DNA from: Candidatus Saccharimonadota bacterium
GTDB lineage: Bacteria > Patescibacteriota > Microgenomatia > UBA1406 > GWC2-37-13
NCBI GenBank assembly: GCA_016699265.1
Contig: CP064967.1
Location: 660,001 to 692,000, forward strand
DNA length: 32,000 nt
Reading direction: 5' to 3'
The notes below the pieces were generated by a model. It was not told the origin of the DNA and ran no database searches. It saw only the letters and a list, made by a program, of their open reading frames with translations. Numbering within the stretch: position 1 is the stretch's first letter; each line of letters begins with the position of its first letter. Position numbers and translations under genes: made by a program. Positions 16,392-24,396 of this stretch are shown here, in pieces.

Positions 16392-18140
16392 ATGAAATTA
16401 CTTTGGAAAAAGAGTTACGGTCGATTGATAAAACTTCCCCAGACGACATCATTAAACTACTACTGGAAAACAGAGGAATTACCGATGAAGATAATTTTAT
16501 TAATCCGCCTTCTCCACTAACGGTCTCTATTGAGCATTTTAACAAGAGCTACAGCACATCATTGAAAAGGGTTTTTAAACTACTTGAGCAAATTAAAAAG
16601 AAAATAAGACGGTCGTGGTCTATACCGACTATGACGCGGATGGAATAACCGGAGGAGCTATTCTTTGGGAAACGCTTCACCTGCTCGGCTTCTCCGCGAT
16701 GCCCTATGTTCCTCATCGTGTCACCGAGGGATATGGATTCTCGGTGAAGGGTCTTAATACGGTGAAAGATAAGTTTGCTCCAGCACTCATCATAAGCGTT
16801 GATCACGGCATCACCGCTGAACAGAAGATTGCACATGCGAAGGCGCAAGGTATTCCCATCATCGTCACAGATCATCATCTCAAGTCTGACGTCGCCCCAA
16901 CGAGCGCCTTTGCTGTTTTTCATATTCCAGAGCTCTCAGGGTCAGGGGTCTCCTACTTCTTCTCGAAAGCAATCTTCGACCACTTCTCTTCCGTCATCCC
17001 GAGCATAAGCGAGGGATTTAGCTCCGCCGACGCTGGAGCAAATTTCGCTGACGCTGGATTTCTCGCAAACGCTCGAAATGACAATATGAAGAAGTTGCAG
17101 CACAATTTCTCCCATGATTACATTTCACTTGCAAGCATCGGAACAGTTGCCGACCTTGTTCCACTTCTTGGCGTTTCGCGCAGTGTTGTGGCAACGGGGC
17201 TTAAGGAGTTTTCCAAGATGAAACGCGTGGGAATGAAGGAGCTGCTTTTACAGGCAGGGATAGAGCATAAAGAAATTTCTACCTACGAAATCGGTTTTGT
17301 TATCGCGCCACGAATAAATGCAATTGGCAGACTAGAGCATGCGATCGATGCACTCCGACTCCTATGCACTACCGATGCAAAACGAGCCAGAGAACTCACT
17401 GATAAAATTGGAAAAAGAAATACTGAACGGCAGGATCTCGTCGCTCAATCTATTGAGGAGGCTGAGAAAAAGTTACAGGCTCCAAGCTTCAAGTTACAAG
17501 AAAAGAAAATTATCATTCTCTCCTCCTCCACATGGCATGAGGGAATTATCGGTCTTATTGCCTCGAAGCTCGTAGAAAAATATTACCGACCGGTAATTGT
17601 AATGACCAAGTCAGGTCCGAACTATAAAGGATCAGCTCGATCAATTCCTGCATTCCACATAACAAATTCCTTGCGTGAGCATAAAGATTTATTGATTGAC
17701 GTTGGCGGACATGCCCAAGCGGCAGGATTTACCCTTGAATCAACTAAGCTCGAGCAATTTCAAGAGACGCTTACCCGTTATGCCGATAGTAAACTCACTA
17801 CTGATGATCTTATTAAGTCAATAAAAGCCGATCTGAAACTTCCTATTTCCTTCATAACAAAACAGCTAGTGGAAAAATTAGAAAACTCAAACCGTTTGGG
17901 ATGGGAAATCCAAACCCAACGTTTATAAGCACCGTTGTTATTTCGCGTGTATCGGTGATGGGGAAAGACCAACAACATCTTAAGTTTTATTCAGAGGATG
18001 GAACCGAGTTTGTGGCTTTTGGGAAAGGAGAGATGTTCGGGTCGATATCCCGTGGGGAGGTACGTGAGGTGGTGTACTATGCAGAACTGAACGAATGGAA
18101 TGGAAACCAACGAATCAACTGTCGCGTGCTTCATTTGTAG
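16392..18140 (+). pseudogene. recJ: Single-stranded-DNA exonuclease RecJ, interrupted by two (possibly three) -1 frame changes as assembled
   Basis: The pieces are 16403..16648 (...DIIKLLLENRGITDEDNFINPPSP...), 16615..17928 (VYTDYDADGITGGAIL...DHGI...TDHH...GSGVSYF...GTVADLVPL...GGHAQAAG) and 17901..18140 (GNPNPTF...). The DHH and DHHA1 motifs are intact. The frame steps by -1 at about 16595-16606 and at about 17889-17893. A possible third step lies at A5 16407-16411 if ATG 16392 (MKLLWKK) is the start. Confidence 0.85.
16993..17082. repeat. 90-nt GC-rich imperfect palindromic element lying in frame inside recJ
   Basis: The left arm is gtcatcccgagcataagcgagggatttagc. The reverse complement of the right arm is gtcatttcgagcgtttgcgagaaatccagc, identical at 21 of the first 30 positions. 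The element contains the internal direct repeat GC(C/T)GACGCTGGA twice. It encodes VIPSISEGFSSADAGANFADAGFLANARND in the linker between conserved RecJ motifs. Confidence 0.55.
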
Positions 18141-18152
18141 TAAAATATCTGT

Positions 18153-19474
18153 ATGAAACAACTTTTGTTAACCGATCTTTCTCAGCATCTGGATGAAGAG
18201 GTCGTGCTACACGGCTGGGTAAACACGGTTCGTGACCATAAAAAATAGTCTTTCTCGATCTCCGCGATGCAACCGGGATGGTTCAGGTTGTTGCTGATGA
18301 AAAAGCATCAACCCTCTCCCCTGAGGACGTTGTTGAGATTAAAGGACTAGTAAAAAAGAGGCCTGACAAATTAGTAAATGATAAAGTCGTCAATGGATCG
18401 ATTGAGGTTGAGGCACGAGGAATTACACTTATATCAAAGGCTCACACTTTGCCTTTTGACATGGGGAAAGAAGAGCTTGGACTTACTCTTCCTGTTTTAC
18501 TCGATAATCGGTCGTTGACTCTCAGACATCCAACCGTACAAAAAATATTCAAGGTTCAGGAGGCAGTTGCGGAGGGATTTAGACGAACAGCGAAGGAGCT
18601 TGGATGCACCGAAATCTTTGTACCAACAATAGCGGCAAGTTCCACCGAAGGTGGAGCCGAGGTCTTCGAGGTAAAATACTACGAACATAAAGCTACCTTG
18701 ACTCAAAGTCCTCAACTCTACAAACAAATGCTGATCCCCGCCTTTGAACGAGTTTATACCATCTCCCATGCCTATCGATCAGAGCCCTCGGTAACCACGC
18801 GCCACCTTGCAGAGACAATTCAGATGGACTGCGAGTTTGGTTTTGTGAATTTTGAGGATCTTTTAGATCTTCTTGAGAAGGTCTGCGTAGGAATGATCAA
18901 GTACGCCGAGGAAACACATAAGGACATCGTTCAGAGTTTTACTAAGAGAGCGGTTCTCTACGGTAAAATTCCTCGTCTCACCCTAGCGGAAGCGCAGGAA
19001 ATTATTAAGAAGGAGTTTAACCGCACTGTTACCGATACGAAGGACCTTTCTCCTGAAGATGAACAAGATATCTGTAAGTGGGCTCGAGAAAAGCAATCAT
19101 CTGATTTTGTCATTGTTACTCACTACCCAACTGCAAAACGAGCCTTCTACACGAAACCTGACCCAACAGATCCAGAGTTCAGCCTAAGCTACGACGTTCT
19201 CTTTAGAGGGCTCGAGATCTGTAGCGGTAGCGAAAGAATTAATGAATATCAGGAGCTTGTAGACGTTATTAAGGAAAGAGGAATGAATCCTGATGACTTC
19301 GAGATGTATCTTATGGCCTTTAAGTATGGCATGCCAACTGAAGGTGGATTTTCCTACGGACTCGAGAGGGTGACTAAGCAGCTTTTAGATTTGAAAAATG
19401 TTCGAGAAAGCTCACTGTTCCCTCGTGATATGGAACGCGTAGACATCAGACTTTCAAAACCTAAAAAAAACTAA
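18153..19474 (+). pseudogene. aspS: Aspartyl-tRNA synthetase (archaeal/eukaryal-type class IIb), -1 frame change in an A6 run as assembled
   Basis: ATG 18153 gives MKQLLLTDLSQHLDEEVVLHGWVNTVRDHKK, then TAG. The -1 frame continues IVFLDLRDATGMVQVV...QSPQLYKQML...AYRSEPSVTTRHLAE...GGFSYGLERV. One extra A in the run 18240-18245 restores ...RDHKKIVFLDLRD... Confidence 0.85.
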
Positions 19475-19492
19475 ACATCTAACAGGTTAAAT

Positions 19493-20398
19493 ATGAAATT
19501 TAAAACCGTTTGTCTCTTTGCACTTTTCTCTTTGCTCTTTCTTTTTTATCCTGGCGATTCAACTTTATTTCATACATTCTCCTATCATAGATCGCTTTTC
19601 TCAGATCAGAACCGATCAATCGCCTATGCAAATAATCCTGTACCTATTCGTAACTTTGACATAAATCCCGAGATTACTGCCGAGTCTGCATATATTGTTG
19701 ATAGAAAAAGTTTTAGTCCGGTATACGAAAAAAACGCTCATAAACATATGTTCCCCGCGTCGACAGCAAAAATGATTACCGCACTAGTCGCATACGACAT
19801 CTATAAAGCCGACTCAACCATCAAGCTCAACTCTGTCCTGGAAGACGGTCAGGTCATGGGACTTGTTCAGGGTGAAGAAATAAGTATCGAAAATCTTCTT
19901 TATGGAACGCTTGTGCACTCCGGAAATGACGCGGCTTACGCGCTTGCGCAGCCTATCGGTCTTACAGCCTTCGTTGCTAAGATGAACGAAAAGGCACAAG
20001 CGCTACATATGTACGACACTCACTTTGAGAATCCAGCAGGTTTACACAACCCAGCCCAACACTCAAGCGCCTTCGATCTTGCACTTGCAGGTCGCACTCT
20101 ACTGAACAATCCCTATCTGTCAAAGATTGTCTCGACAAAGGAGATAGAGATCTCAGATACTCAGTATCGAATTTTTCATAAACTCGTTAATGTAAATAAA
20201 CTTCTCGGAGAGATTCCTGGAGTAGGAGGTCTTAAGACTGGATACACGATAGAGTCAGGAGAAAACTTAGTAAGCCTCTATCGAACTCCCGATGGACATG
20301 AGTTTATTATAGTGGTCCTCAATAGTTTAGATCGATTCGAAGATACAAAAACAATTGTAAACTGGATCAACTCCAACGTTTCCTTCATCGTTGAGTAA
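19493..20398 (+). CDS. D-alanyl-D-alanine carboxypeptidase (serine peptidase S11, PBP5-like)
   Basis: It has a signal/TM N-terminus and the SxxK (PASTAKM), SxN (HSGND) and KTG (LKTGYT) motifs. Confidence 0.85.
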   Translation: MKFKTVCLFALFSLLFLFYPGDSTLFHTFSYHRSLFSDQNRSIAYANNPVPIRNFDINPEITAESAYIVDRKSFSPVYEKNAHKHMFPASTAKMITALVAYDIYKADSTIKLNSVLEDGQVMGLVQGEEISIENLLYGTLVHSGNDAAYALAQPIGLTAFVAKMNEKAQALHMYDTHFENPAGLHNPAQHSSAFDLALAGRTLLNNPYLSKIVSTKEIEISDTQYRIFHKLVNVNKLLGEIPGVGGLKTGYTIESGENLVSLYRTPDGHEFIIVVLNSLDRFEDTKTIVNWINSNVSFIVE

Positions 20399-20400
20399 TC

Positions 20401-20497
20401 TCAAAATCCCAGGCTCAAATATCAAACATAGTCCGAAGCTTATAGTTCGAATTTTGAATCTAAGATTTTGAACTTCATTTGATATTGGGATTTTGAA
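20401..20497. terminator. Long imperfect hairpin between convergent genes (probable bidirectional terminator region)
   Basis: tcaaaatccca (20401-20411) pairs with tgggattttga (20487-20497). atatcaaa (20419-20426) pairs with tttgatat (20479-20486). The left arm has a 7-nt bulge. The interior carries repeated ATTTTGAA units. Confidence 0.4.
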
Positions 20498-20508
20498 ATT
20501 TGGAATTA

Positions 20509-21567
20509 TTACTCTACTAGGTACTGCCCGCTAACTGCAGGGACGTACCCTACGAAGTCACCGTCACCAAGGAACACATACACAGGCTGAAGATACTCTT
20601 GGAAAACGTCAGGATCAAAATAGCCAAGAAACATCTTTCTGATAGTAATTTTGGTTACGGGTGGCAGAGATACAATGAAACCTTTCCCTTTTTTAAGATC
20701 TGCAAATGCCTCATCTCCAGATCGTATTGGATACACTCCTACCTGCTCTACTGACTTATCGAAAAATTTAATCTGAGAACGTAGAACTTTGAATGTTCCG
20801 TCAGTTCTAAACATCATTAAGACATAGTTCTGACTATTGAAATATTTGGGCGAAACAACTGGTACCGCATTTGGTTGGGCGTCGATATCGGGTCTATAGA
20901 AATCAACCTCGACAAGGTTTGCCCGAATATTGTCTTTTAAAACCGCCATTGAGTTTTTTTCAGCATCGTAGTTGAGGAAAAGTACATTAGTTTTGCCCTG
21001 TGAAAGTTCTTGCGGATATCTCCCAGCAGTCTGAAGAAAATCAACTGCATGCTGTATGCTCTCCTCTTGGTTGGGTGGTCTCGCTCCATCAAGTATCGCT
21101 TTATCTTTCTCAAAAAAATACTGATAATCAAAGTTAAAATTCTTAATATCTATAGAGATCTTTTGATTTGGCTCAGAGAAGGTGGCTTGGCTTCCAATAA
21201 GTCGGTAGCCAGAAGACTCAGTATTGAATCCTAGAGATTTTGCAATTAAATAGAGCTTCTCACGATATCCAAATTTGGTCTCAGCCTGTGGTAAAAAGAA
21301 TACCTGCGCGCTTTTTGTAGCTGTTATCGGCTTTCCATCAACGGTATCTAGCATATATTTCAGATTTCCACTAGGTGTCGCTTCGCTAAGATAAGGTCGT
21401 TTTAGTTGATTGAAGATCGGGTTAATCATAACTGGATTAACTTTCCTTGACTCAATGATAACAAGCGCTAGTTGAACCGAGTAAAAGATAATGAGAAACA
21501 ACAGAACTCCTAAAATAGCGTAGGGATAATACTTACGTATGTACTGAGAAAGCTGAGTAAGCGACAT
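20509..21567 (-). CDS. Membrane-anchored hypothetical protein
   Basis: The track ORF extends to 21663. ATG 21567 (MSLTQLSQYIRKYYPYAILGVLLFLIIFY..., with a TM helix) lies 6 nt after TATAAT (21579..21574) and avoids overlap with the plus-strand small ORF. I did not recognise a family. Confidence 0.5.
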   Translation of the reverse strand: MSLTQLSQYIRKYYPYAILGVLLFLIIFYSVQLALVIIESRKVNPVMINPIFNQLKRPYLSEATPSGNLKYMLDTVDGKPITATKSAQVFFLPQAETKFGYREKLYLIAKSLGFNTESSGYRLIGSQATFSEPNQKISIDIKNFNFDYQYFFEKDKAILDGARPPNQEESIQHAVDFLQTAGRYPQELSQGKTNVLFLNYDAEKNSMAVLKDNIRANLVEVDFYRPDIDAQPNAVPVVSPKYFNSQNYVLMMFRTDGTFKVLRSQIKFFDKSVEQVGVYPIRSGDEAFADLKKGKGFIVSLPPVTKITIRKMFLGYFDPDVFQEYLQPVYVFLGDGDFVGYVPAVSGQYLVE

Positions 21568-21606
21568 TAATTCATTATAATGAATATTTGTTATACTTTG
21601 ATCATT

Positions 21607-21756
21607 ATGTACCTTACGCACACAATTCATTCGATAAAAGACTTCTTTTCTCAGCTTTTCCAAGATGAAAACCCTCGCGAAAAGAAAACTAAAAAGTTTA
21701 CTCGTCAGATGATTAAAAAATATGGAAAAACACTTAGGCGATTATCTAGGGAATAA
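21607..21756 (+). CDS. Small ORF overlapping the Doc start (candidate antitoxin)
   Basis: 49 aa (or 58 aa from ATG 21580), reading ...FFSQLFQDENPREKKTKKFTRQMIKKYGKTLRRLSRE. Its TAA overlaps the Doc ATG (TAATG at 21754-21758). It is below the ORF-track cutoff and I recognised no homology. Confidence 0.3.
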   Translation: MYLTHTIHSIKDFFSQLFQDENPREKKTKKFTRQMIKKYGKTLRRLSRE

Positions 21757-22265
21757 TGGCAAGAATAGCATACCTCAGTCTTGAGGATTTCAAGACGATC
21801 TGTGAAGAACTTCAAACTTTCTTTAAGAAGCACAATGACCCAATTCCAATCTATAACCAATCTTACTTTGATAAGCTGGACAGCGTTATAAACACACCTA
21901 AAAAAACCTTTGATAAACGGGAACTATACCCATCGATTTATGACAAAGCAGCTTGTTATTTTTATTTCATAAATAAGTTTCATCCATTTAACAATGGAAA
22001 TAAACGAATATCAATTGTAGCGACCGGTGTTTTCTTGATGTTTAACGGTATTGATATGAATGCTTCGGAGGATGAAATATATACCTTCGCCAAAAAAATT
22101 ACTATCTCCGACAAAAAGCAGAAGCATGATTTTAACGATGTGGTTTTATTCATCAAACAGCATAGTAAAAAGGAATCAAAACAGCGAAGAGCATCGCTAA
22201 GTTCATTATTTAATGAAGTTTTGAAGATAGTTGAGAAAATTAGATCGTTTAGACTACCTCTTTAA
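21756..22265 (+). CDS. doc: Doc (death-on-curing) family Fic-fold toxin
   Basis: The motif HPFNNGNKRIS matches the Doc-type HxFx(D/N)(A/G)NKR, with K rather than the G of AMPylating Fic proteins. It is preceded by ELYPSIYDKAACYFYFINK. Confidence 0.8.
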   Translation: MARIAYLSLEDFKTICEELQTFFKKHNDPIPIYNQSYFDKLDSVINTPKKTFDKRELYPSIYDKAACYFYFINKFHPFNNGNKRISIVATGVFLMFNGIDMNASEDEIYTFAKKITISDKKQKHDFNDVVLFIKQHSKKESKQRRASLSSLFNEVLKIVEKIRSFRLPL

Positions 22266-22750
22266 CGTTTTCCCCAGGATCCCATCGCATCCCGCATAAT
22301 AGAAAATTCTCCTAGGTGATATGAGGTGTGATCGATAATAAGCATTGCCTCTCGAAGAAAAGTCTGACCTGTTCCATGTGGAATTCTCTTATTCAAATCC
22401 GTTTTTGGACTGTTTAGAATCTTAATAAACTCAGCTAGATCTGCTTGAATTAGCTCAATTGTCTTATTCCACTGAGCAACTGTCGCTTTTTTTGTAGGTT
22501 CTGGCCAATACTCCTTCGGCCACTTCAACTCCTTGTATTTTGGGTCTCGAACAAAATTGAGAATATCGTGCTGAGTTATTCTAATATGCTCAAGAAGTCT
22601 CCATGGAGTATAGGTACTGTTAGGCACTAATTCATTAACCCTTTCTTTCGGGAAATTTTTGACAATATCCTGAAACAATTCATGCGCATGACCCCCTCTT
22701 AAGAAAGCGGTTAACTGTTGTCTTAGTAGTTTATCCTCGTGGGTAATCAT
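22262..22750 (-). CDS. DinB-superfamily (DinB_2-like) metal-binding four-helix-bundle protein
   Basis: 162 aa. A histidine triad context is present (WRLLEHIRITQHD..., ...IIDHTSYHLGEF). Confidence 0.75.
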   Translation of the reverse strand: MITHEDKLLRQQLTAFLRGGHAHELFQDIVKNFPKERVNELVPNSTYTPWRLLEHIRITQHDILNFVRDPKYKELKWPKEYWPEPTKKATVAQWNKTIELIQADLAEFIKILNSPKTDLNKRIPHGTGQTFLREAMLIIDHTSYHLGEFSIMRDAMGSWGKR

Positions 22751-22816
22751 CCGCTCATATTATACACCATTCTGCGAGGTAATCGCCTTAGGGGTAGGCG
22801 ATGGCTTTAATCGGGC

Positions 22817-22845
22817 TTGGCCCTGAGCCTGTCGAAGGGTATAAT
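22817..22845 (+). promoter_or_regulatory. Candidate obg promoter built on a GC-rich repeat fragment (leaderless geometry)
   Basis: TTGGCC (22817-22822), a 17-nt spacer CCTGAGCCTGTCGAAGG, TATAAT (22840-22845), then 5 nt to ATG 22851. Confidence 0.45.
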
Positions 22846-22850
22846 AGGCT

Positions 22851-23786
22851 ATGTTCGTTGATGAGGTAAAACTAAAAATAATTGCAGGTCGTGGAGGTAA
22901 CGGTAGAGCTTCGTTTTTCCCCGGTAAAGGTGGCCCGAGTGGTGGTAATGGTGGAAATGGCGGTAGTGTCTTCATTGGCATAAATAAACAAATGGCCAAC
23001 CTGAATAAGTATTCGGGAATTTCGCAGTTCGTGGGTATAGATGGAGAGCCTGGAGGCCAAAATAAGCGACAGGGTCTTCATGGTAAAGAAGTCACCATTG
23101 AGGTACCAATTGGTACCACAGTACTCGATCTTAACTCAAAGGAATACACGGAACTTAATGAGCAAAATCCTAGAGTCCTTGTCTGTAAAGGTGGCGACGG
23201 TGGACGCGGAAACGATGCCTTCAAATCCGCAACAAATCAAACACCAAAAAAAGCTACTCCAGGACTTCCCGGACAGGTTCGCGACGTACAACTTATCCAA
23301 AAACTCATTGCAGACTATGGTTTAATCGGAATACCAAATGCAGGGAAAAGTACATTATTGAATGAGCTAACTGCCGCAAACGCTCGGACCGCAAACTATG
23401 CATTCACTACGCTTGAGCCGAATCTTGGAGTTTATGAAAAAAAAGTAATTGCAGATATTCCAGGACTTATCGAAGGTGCATCGTCAGGCAAGGGTCTTGG
23501 TATTAAGTTCCTCAAGCACATCGAGAAGGTTAAACTTCTTATTCATTGTATCTCGGCAGAAAGTAAAGAAGTAGTAAGTGATTTCGAGACCGTGATGAAC
23601 GAGCTGGCACAGTACAACCCAATCGTGGCAAAGAAAGACATGATTGTTTTGCTAACAAAAATTGATTTAGTTTCAGAGACTGAGGTTAAGGAAAAAATAA
23701 AGGCGTTGAAAGCGGTGTTTGAAAAGGTCTACCCAATCTCGGTCATCGATCCCAAAAGCATCGAAACTCTTAAAAAACTTCTTTAA
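22851..23786 (+). CDS. obg: GTPase Obg/CgtA (short form)
   Basis: It has the glycine-rich Obg fold (GGNGRASFFPGKGGPSGGNGGNGGSV, GGDGGRGN) followed by the G domain (GIPNAGKSTLL, DIPGLIEGAS, TKID). Confidence 0.9.
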   Translation: MFVDEVKLKIIAGRGGNGRASFFPGKGGPSGGNGGNGGSVFIGINKQMANLNKYSGISQFVGIDGEPGGQNKRQGLHGKEVTIEVPIGTTVLDLNSKEYTELNEQNPRVLVCKGGDGGRGNDAFKSATNQTPKKATPGLPGQVRDVQLIQKLIADYGLIGIPNAGKSTLLNELTAANARTANYAFTTLEPNLGVYEKKVIADIPGLIEGASSGKGLGIKFLKHIEKVKLLIHCISAESKEVVSDFETVMNELAQYNPIVAKKDMIVLLTKIDLVSETEVKEKIKALKAVFEKVYPISVIDPKSIETLKKLL

Positions 23787-23791
23787 AGAAT

Positions 23792-24025
23792 TTACTCAAA
23801 CTCTGAAAGGAGCTTGCCTACTGGCTCACGAAGTGTGTTGTGGTAAGTGGCGATAATAACGACAAAGGAAACTCCAGTTAGAAATAACGTAGCTCCAAGA
23901 GCAAGCGGATTGTCCTTGATCATTTCGTAAATAATGCTTGCAGAGACATTTATGAGTAGCCCCACAAACAAAGCGATTATAATTACGAAATGTCCTACAA
24001 AAAAATTCGATTCTCGTTTTGCCAT
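23792..24025 (-). CDS. Small two-TM membrane protein (hypothetical)
   Basis: 77-aa ORF with two hydrophobic helices. I recognised no family. Confidence 0.4.
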   Translation of the reverse strand: MAKRESNFFVGHFVIIIALFVGLLINVSASIIYEMIKDNPLALGATLFLTGVSFVVIIATYHNTLREPVGKLLSEFE

Positions 24026-24049
24026 AAAAAGATTATACCAAAGTGATAT

Positions 24050-24379
24050 TTAGTAAAGTCCTCCACCTAAATTATTAAGAACTTTTCCGTACTGATCTGC
24101 AAAAGACTTGAAAGTATAGAAAAGTAAGATAACTGAGACGACAGTTAAAAATATTGCCACTAGTCCAACTATCCTCACTTTAAGATCGGTTGATCGAATA
24201 TATTTAAATCCCCAACCAAGACCAAGTGGCGCTAAAAAGAAACTCACGAGGTAAATAAGAATCTGTTTCCAAACAGTTATCACGGGTACTTTTTCCTTCA
24301 ACTGCTTGCCGCAGTTTGGGCAAAAAAACCACTCAGACGATATTTGGAATTTGCATGTGGAACACGGAGTAGTTTGCAC
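24050..24379 (-). CDS. Zinc-ribbon membrane protein
   Basis: The N-terminus has CSTC...CPNCG, followed by two TM helices. Confidence 0.55.
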   Translation of the reverse strand: MQTTPCSTCKFQISSEWFFCPNCGKQLKEKVPVITVWKQILIYLVSFFLAPLGLGWGFKYIRSTDLKVRIVGLVAIFLTVVSVILLFYTFKSFADQYGKVLNNLGGGLY

Positions 24380-24396
24380 CTAAAAAGTATAGCAGT

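Noticed and set aside
443-19474. Alternative genetic code (e.g. UGA or UAG reassignment) as an explanation for the interrupted genes
   Set aside because: The interruptions are frame changes, not in-frame stops. TGA terminates secD and the PRTase-HAD gene exactly where the next gene's ATG overlaps. TAA and TAG also terminate well-delimited genes.
21568-21663. N-terminal extension (MEKLRKEVFYRMNCVRK...) of the 384-aa minus-strand ORF
   Set aside because: ATG 21567 is preceded by TATAAT at 6 nt and opens directly on the TM helix. The extension would overlap the plus-strand small ORF upstream of doc.
22760-22999. 79-aa proline-rich ORF on the minus strand (…PPFPPLPPLGPPLPGK…)
   Set aside because: It is the antisense reading of the glycine-rich GGxGG repeats at the obg N-terminus. 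It spans the divergent promoter region and has no independent support.
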